DNA of 64,000 nucleotides, from assembly GCA_963749705.1 (NCBI GenBank), contig CAVVNQ010000008.1, forward strand, positions 32,001 to 96,000. The letters are read 5' to 3'. Both the position numbers and the translations under genes were made by a program. The notes below the pieces were generated by a model. It had not been told where the DNA came from. It saw nothing but the letters and a program-made list of their open reading frames with translations, and searched no databases. The stretch comes from an uncultured Chloroflexia bacterium. Its GTDB lineage: Bacteria > Chloroflexota > Limnocylindria > Limnocylindrales > CSP1-4. Below, in pieces: positions 58,826-64,000 of this stretch; position 1 is the stretch's first letter; each line of letters opens with the position of its first letter.

Positions 58826-60168
58826 GCGGACCTCCGATGACGACGCCCGGACGCCTCGAGGGGCGCCTCATCGGGCTCGGCGTGTGTGGCTCGATCGCGG
58901 CGTACAAGGCCGTCGAGCTGCTGCGGCTGCTCGGGGCGGAAGGCGCCGACGTCGTGGTCATGCTCACGCCGGCTGCCGCGCAGTTCGTCGGTCCGCTGAC
59001 CTTCGGCGCCCTGTCGCGACACCCCGTCGAGACGGATGTCCTGGGGCTGCTCCCGGACCGGCGCATCGGCCACATCGTGGTTGCCGATGCTGCAGATGCG
59101 ATCGTCGTCGCACCCGCGACCGCACGCTGGCTGGGCGCGATGGCCAACGGCATCGCGAGCGATGCGGTGACCGCGGCCTGCCTGGCGACCTCGGCACCCG
59201 TGCTGTTCGCGCCGGCGATGGACGGCGACATGTGGACCCACCCGGCGACCCGCGACAACGTGCGCCGCCTCGAGACTGACTTCGGATACCGGATGGTGCC
59301 GCCCGAGGTCGGCTCGCTGGCGTCCGGCCAGAGTGGCATCGGCCGCCTCGCGGAGCTATCCGCGATCGTCGACGCCGTGGTCGAGCTTGTCGCCGGCCGC
59401 CAGATCCGGCAGCCGGACGCGGACGTGCGCCCGCCGCTGACGGCGCCGTCGCACGAGCTCGACCTCGAGGGCCGGCACCTGGTCGTGAGCGCCGGGGGGA
59501 CGGCCGAGGCGATCGACCCGGTGCGGTTCATCGGCAATCGCAGCTCCGGACGGATGGGCGCCGCCATCGCCGAAGCCGCGCTCGCCCGCGGCGCGCGGGT
59601 CACGATCGTCGCCGGCCGCGTCGAGGTCGCCCTCCCGGTTGCGGCCAGGATCGTCGCCGCCGAGTCGACCGCCGAGATGCGCACCGCCGTCCTCGCCGCG
59701 CTGGCGGACGGGCCCGCGGACGCCCTCGTGATGGCCGCAGCGGTCGCCGACTTCCGGCCACGCAGCCCCGTATCGACCAAGCTCGCCCGCGCCGGCTCGC
59801 TCACCCTCGAGCTCGAGCCGACCGAGGACATCCTCGCCGAGGCTGCCGCGATCGCCCGCGACCTCGTCCCCCGCCCGGTCATCGTCGGGTTTGCGGCCGA
59901 GACGGGATCCCTCGAGCGGGCGCCGGACAAGCTCCGCCGCAAGGGCGCCGACCTGCTCGTGGCCAACGACGTCGCCGAGCCCGGCTCCGGGTTCGGCAGC
60001 GAGACCAACCGGGTCACGATCCTCGGCGCCGATGGGTCGCACGAGGACCTTCCGCTGCTGGCCAAGCGCGAGGTCGCGGACCGGCTGCTGGATCGGGTCG
60101 CCGTCCTGTTGGACGAACGCGACACCCCGGCGCACACTTCGGGAACCCGCACGGAGGCTGCCCGATGA
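58822..60168 (+). CDS. coaBC: Phosphopantothenoylcysteine decarboxylase/ligase
   Basis: GSIAAYKA, APAM, IDPVRFIGNRSSGRMG, AAVADF, VGFAAET. Confidence 0.96.
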   Translation: MSGPPMTTPGRLEGRLIGLGVCGSIAAYKAVELLRLLGAEGADVVVMLTPAAAQFVGPLTFGALSRHPVETDVLGLLPDRRIGHIVVADAADAIVVAPATARWLGAMANGIASDAVTAACLATSAPVLFAPAMDGDMWTHPATRDNVRRLETDFGYRMVPPEVGSLASGQSGIGRLAELSAIVDAVVELVAGRQIRQPDADVRPPLTAPSHELDLEGRHLVVSAGGTAEAIDPVRFIGNRSSGRMGAAIAEAALARGARVTIVAGRVEVALPVAARIVAAESTAEMRTAVLAALADGPADALVMAAAVADFRPRSPVSTKLARAGSLTLELEPTEDILAEAAAIARDLVPRPVIVGFAAETGSLERAPDKLRRKGADLLVANDVAEPGSGFGSETNRVTILGADGSHEDLPLLAKREVADRLLDRVAVLLDERDTPAHTSGTRTEAAR

Positions 60169-61079
60169 GCGCCCAGTCCGACACCCCCCGCCGAATCTCC
60201 GTCGTCGACATCGCCAGGATGCACGCGGACGGCGTGCGCATCGCGACGATCACGGCCTACGACTTCCCGACCGCCGCGATCGTGGACGAGGCGGGGATCC
60301 CGCTGATCCTCGTCGGCGACTCGCTGGCCCAGGTGATGCTGGGCTACGACACCACGGTCCGGGTGTCGGTCGACGAGATGCTTCACCACACCAAGGCGGT
60401 GGTGCGGGGCACGAAGCGGGCGATGGTCGTCGGAGACATGCCGTTCCTGTCGTACTCGTCGCCGGAGGCGGCCATCGCCAACGCCGGGCGCTTCCTGCGG
60501 GAGGCGGGGGCGCACGCGGTCAAGGTTGAGGGCGGGGTCCGCAGCGCGCGGATCATCGAGGCGCTGGTCAAGGCCGGCATCCCGGTGATGGCGCACATCG
60601 GGCTGACCCCGCAGGCGATCAACGCGATCGGACGCGTCCGCGTCCAGGGCAAGTCCCGGGACCAGGCGCGCCAGCTGATGGCGGATGCGCTTGCGGTGCA
60701 GGAGGCGGGGGCGTTCGCGGTCGTCCTCGAGCTCGTGCCCGGCCAGCTGGCCGCGGCGATCACCGAGCGGCTCCGGATCCCGACGATCGGCATCGGTGCC
60801 GGGGCGGGCTGCTCCGGGCAGATCCAGGTGATCACCGACACGCTCGGGCTCGGCGACTGGGTCCCCAGGCACGCCCGCCGCTATGCGGACCTGCGGGGCA
60901 CGATCCTGGGCGCCATCACGCAGTACCGCGCGGACGTCGAGGCGGGCACGTTCCCGGGCGAGGCCGAGACGGCGCTCATGGACCCGGCGGTGCTGGACGA
61001 GGTGCTCGGCAGGTCGACGGCGGATCGCGCCGACGGCATCGCGGACCTGGCGGGGATCCCGCTCGACCGCGACCTCTAG
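60165..61079 (+). CDS. panB: Ketopantoate hydroxymethyltransferase
   Basis: TAYD, LVGDS, DMPF, VKVEGG, HIGLTPQ, IGIGAG. Confidence 0.97.
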   Translation: MSAQSDTPRRISVVDIARMHADGVRIATITAYDFPTAAIVDEAGIPLILVGDSLAQVMLGYDTTVRVSVDEMLHHTKAVVRGTKRAMVVGDMPFLSYSSPEAAIANAGRFLREAGAHAVKVEGGVRSARIIEALVKAGIPVMAHIGLTPQAINAIGRVRVQGKSRDQARQLMADALAVQEAGAFAVVLELVPGQLAAAITERLRIPTIGIGAGAGCSGQIQVITDTLGLGDWVPRHARRYADLRGTILGAITQYRADVEAGTFPGEAETALMDPAVLDEVLGRSTADRADGIADLAGIPLDRDL

Positions 61080-61104
61080 CTCGCACGACGGACTGCGGCC
61101 GCCG

Positions 61105-61938
61105 ATGGAGATCGCCAGGACGCGCGCCGAGCTCCGCGACATCCTGGCCCGGATGCCCCGGCCGGTCGGGCTGGTGCCCACCATGGGCTGGCTCCACGCG
61201 GGGCACACCACGCTGATCGAGCAGGCACGTGCCGAGAACGTCACGGTGGTCGTGTCCATCTTCGTCAACCCGCGCCAGTTCGGCGAGGCATCCGACTTCA
61301 CGCAGTACCCGCGCAACGAGACGCGTGACCTGGAGGCGTGTGCGGCCGCGGGCGTCGATCTCGTGTTCGCGCCCGATGTGAGCGAGATCTACCCGCCCGG
61401 GTTCGACACGCTGGTGTCGGTCGGCGACATCGCACAGCCGCTCGAGGGATCGGCACGGCCGGGTCACTTCGACGGCGTCGCGACGGTCGTCGCGATCCTG
61501 TTCTCGCTGGTCCGCGCGGACCGCGCCTACTTCGGGCTCAAGGACTACCAGCAGGTCGCCGTCATCCGGCGGATGGCGCTGGACCTCGCGCTGTCCACCG
61601 AGGTCGTCCCGTGCCCCACGGTGCGCGAGCCCGACGGGCTCGCGCTGTCGTCGCGCAACGCGCGGCTGTCGCCGGCCGGCCGGAACGCCGCACCCGTGCT
61701 GCGACGTGCGCTGCTCGCCGGCGCGGCCCGGATCCGGGAGGGCGAACGGGACGCGGAGGCCGTCCGCACCGAGATGCGCGGCGTCCTCGGCGGCGAGCCG
61801 CTTGCCAGTCCGGAGTACGTGTCGGTCGCCGATCCGGAGACGCTGCGCGAGCTCGACAGCGTCGACGACGGCGCGCTGCTGTCGATGGCCGTCCGGATCG
61901 ACGGCGTCCGGCTGATCGACAACGAGCCAGCGGGCTGA
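61105..61938 (+). CDS. panC: Pantoate-beta-alanine ligase
   Basis: VPTMGWLHAGH, SIFVNP.QF, RPGHF, FGLKDYQQ, REPDGLALSSRN, RLIDN. Confidence 0.97.
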   Translation: MEIARTRAELRDILARMPRPVGLVPTMGWLHAGHTTLIEQARAENVTVVVSIFVNPRQFGEASDFTQYPRNETRDLEACAAAGVDLVFAPDVSEIYPPGFDTLVSVGDIAQPLEGSARPGHFDGVATVVAILFSLVRADRAYFGLKDYQQVAVIRRMALDLALSTEVVPCPTVREPDGLALSSRNARLSPAGRNAAPVLRRALLAGAARIREGERDAEAVRTEMRGVLGGEPLASPEYVSVADPETLRELDSVDDGALLSMAVRIDGVRLIDNEPAG

Positions 61939-61980
61939 GCCCGTGGGCTGATCTCGTGGGCTGAGCCCGTGGGCTGAACC
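61932..61980. repeat. 13-bp tandem repeats at the panC stop
   Basis: GGGCTGAGCCCGT-like unit four times. Confidence 0.7.
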
Positions 61981-62055
61981 CGGCCGATCCTGGGCGACGC
62001 GGGCGCTGAGCGGGCCACCAAGGGTCCCCGCGCGAGGCGGCCGGAGCGCTCGTCG

Positions 62056-63069
62056 TCAGCCGACGACCGACGCCTGGAGCGCCTGCATCGTGAGCGCAGC
62101 TCGCGCACGGACCTGGGCTTCCCGGTCACCCGGCGCGATCTGGTCGAGCGCCAGCAGCGCAGCCCCCAGGACGGGCGGAGCGTGCAGCACGGACACGACC
62201 GCCGCCGGCGCCACCCGGTGGACGCGCTCGGCGATCAGCGCGGTCAGCAGCGGATCGCCACCCCGCGCGACCCCGCCCGCCAGAACGACGGGTACTGCCG
62301 CGCGGGCAAGCCCGGTCCGACGGATCGCCGCGATGGCAAAGCTCGCGGCCTCGTCGGCAAGCGCAGCGACCACGTCCAGCGCCGCCCGGTCGCCGTCCAT
62401 CGCCGCGCCGACGACGATCGGCGCCAGCTCCTGGACCCGGTCCATGGGGATCCGGCCCCGGTACAGGGCGATGGTGACGTCGATCGGACGGCGCAACCCG
62501 AACACCGCGGGCACGAGCCGTTCCAGCGAGGTGCGCGGGCCACGCCCGTCCCCGGCCCGGACGGCCGCGCCCAGCGCGTCCATCCCCAGCGTCCCTCCCC
62601 CGCCACGGTCGCCGCTGATCGGCCCCAGACCGGCGAACCGGGCCTGGCGGCCGGAGGGGGCGATGCCGACCGCGTTGAGACCCGAGCCCAGGATCACCGC
62701 GACTCCCCAGGGCTCGGGCGATCCCGCCCGAAGCGCCGCGTCGGTGTCGTTGCGCAGGACGACATCGGCGGCGAGCCCGGACGACCCGTGCGCCGCCTGC
62801 AGTGCTCGCCGATCGGACGGCAGGTCCATGCCGGCCAGGCACAGCACGGCCAGCGACCCGACGGTCGCGCCGGCGGGCGCCGCGACGCCCGCGCGGTCGG
62901 CCGCGAGCCTCGCCAGCGCAACCAGGCGCCGCCCGGCCTCGTCGATGCCGACCTGCTGCTGCGACACCGTGGGTCCGCGCAACGTCGCCACCACCGAGCC
63001 GTCGACGTCCATCAGCGCGATGTCCGTCTTGGAGTTGCCGCCGTCGACCGCGATGATCGGGACGGTCAT
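62056..63069 (-). CDS. BadF/NagK-type sugar (N-acetylglucosamine-like) kinase
   Basis: AVDGGNSKT, LRND, GSGLN, GDRGGG, LAGG; ATG 63069. Confidence 0.88.
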   Translation of the reverse strand: MTVPIIAVDGGNSKTDIALMDVDGSVVATLRGPTVSQQQVGIDEAGRRLVALARLAADRAGVAAPAGATVGSLAVLCLAGMDLPSDRRALQAAHGSSGLAADVVLRNDTDAALRAGSPEPWGVAVILGSGLNAVGIAPSGRQARFAGLGPISGDRGGGGTLGMDALGAAVRAGDGRGPRTSLERLVPAVFGLRRPIDVTIALYRGRIPMDRVQELAPIVVGAAMDGDRAALDVVAALADEAASFAIAAIRRTGLARAAVPVVLAGGVARGGDPLLTALIAERVHRVAPAAVVSVLHAPPVLGAALLALDQIAPGDREAQVRARAALTMQALQASVVG

Positions 63070-63710
63070 CCGGGCGCCGTCCCCGACGCGACGCGTCCCG
63101 GGACCGCGTCCAGCGCATCGACGCGCACGAGCACGGCTCCTGCCCCGCGCAGCGCGCGGACGATCGCCGGCAACGCGCGGGCCGTGATCGTCGGCCAGCC
63201 GTGGAGCAGCACCACCGCGCCGTCCCCGTGCGCCAGCGTGGCCCGCACGACCCGCCGCTCCAGCGCGGGCGCGCTGCCGCCCGCCCAGTCGCGCCCGTCG
63301 ACGTTCCAGCCGACATCGCGATACCCGAGCGCGGCGAGCGCGTCGATCACGCGCGCGCTGTCCGCCCCGGCTCCGAACGGACAGCGGAACCACGGCCGCG
63401 GATCGACGCCGGTGATGTCCCGGATCACGGCCTCGGCCGCTCGTACGTCGCGCCGCAGGCCGGTGCGGGTGAGCATCGTCATCCGTGCATGGTGATGCGA
63501 ATGGCTGCCGATGAGGTGACCGTCGCGCGCGATGCGTGCCGCGATCGCCGGCTCCGCCTCGACCCACCGGCCCTGGACGAAGAACGTGGCCGGGACGGCC
63601 AGCTCCGCGAGGTGATCGAGGATCGCCGCCGTGGTGCCCGGATCGGTTGGGCGGTCGGGGTGCTCCGCGTCGAACGTGAGCGCGACCCGGAACGACGAGA
63701 CGTCGCTCAC
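63066..63710 (-). CDS. Polysaccharide deacetylase (CE4/NodB)
   Basis: VALTFDAE, ATFFVQG, GSHSHHH, FRCPFG, WNVD..DW, VVLLH; GTG 63710. Confidence 0.9.
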   Translation of the reverse strand: MSDVSSFRVALTFDAEHPDRPTDPGTTAAILDHLAELAVPATFFVQGRWVEAEPAIAARIARDGHLIGSHSHHHARMTMLTRTGLRRDVRAAEAVIRDITGVDPRPWFRCPFGAGADSARVIDALAALGYRDVGWNVDGRDWAGGSAPALERRVVRATLAHGDGAVVLLHGWPTITARALPAIVRALRGAGAVLVRVDALDAVPGRVASGTAPG

Positions 63711-64000
63711 TTCTCCACCCCGGTGATGACCACCCCGCGGATGAACACCCGCTGGAAGATCAGGAACAGGATGATCGGGATCAGCATCGTCATCAGCGTG
63801 CCCGCCTGCACGTAGGCCGGGTTCCGGTAGTGGATCCCGTTGAACCGCTGGAGGCCGACGGCGAGTGGCTGGAGCTCCGGCTTGGTCGACAGGTAGATCA
63901 GCGGGTTGAAGAAGTCGTTCCAGGAGTACACGAGGTGGAAGATGGCGACTGCCACGATCACCGGCCACGCCTGCGGCAGGATCACCGACACCAGCGTCCG
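63707..64000 (-). CDS. Carbohydrate ABC transporter permease (MalG-like), 5' part outside window
   Basis: WNDFFNPLIYL, PIILFLIFQR.FI.G...TG.K. Confidence 0.9.
   Translation of the reverse strand, partial: RTLVSVILPQAWPVIVAVAIFHLVYSWNDFFNPLIYLSTKPELQPLAVGLQRFNGIHYRNPAYVQAGTLMTMLIPIILFLIFQRVFIRGVVITGVEK

Overview
High-GC bacterial window of mostly core metabolism. The gene content (class I LysRS, trp T-box, membrane pyrophosphatase, DRG-like GTPase, many leaderless starts) suggests Chloroflexota, possibly Limnocylindria-like; this assignment is inference. 1-13.3 kb: an IclR-associated organic-acid catabolic island (TRAP transporter, EamA, acylating aldehyde dehydrogenase, ThDP enzyme, citryl-CoA-lyase-like protein, cupin, CoA-transferase, PTE-like lactonase, Zn-dehydrogenase). 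Its four promoters all carry the same 37-38 bp double operator. 13.3-23.5 kb: an extra aroK-aroB fusion, then an aro operon (aroF-A-E-C-KB[frameshifted]-Q-chorismate mutase-gluQ) behind an unannotated Phe/Tyr leader-peptide attenuator. 24-30 kb: cydABDC. 30.8-32 kb: a non-canonical DRG-type GTPase with a uORF/hairpin leader. 32.7-40.3 kb: trp operon with a Trp T-box and a TrpC-TrpF-TrpB triple fusion. The rest holds tRNA-Ser, serS, lysS (class I), greA (terminator in leader), argR, uppP, hppA, lepB, an orphan Nuo/Mrp-like pair, ndk, M16 peptidase, NCS2 permease, coaX-coaBC-panB-panC and the end of a sugar ABC/deacetylase/kinase operon. Frameshifts in serS, hppA and aroKB point to indel errors in the assembly. 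No CRISPR array, integrase or transposase was seen. All calls come from manual motif recognition; no database searches were run.
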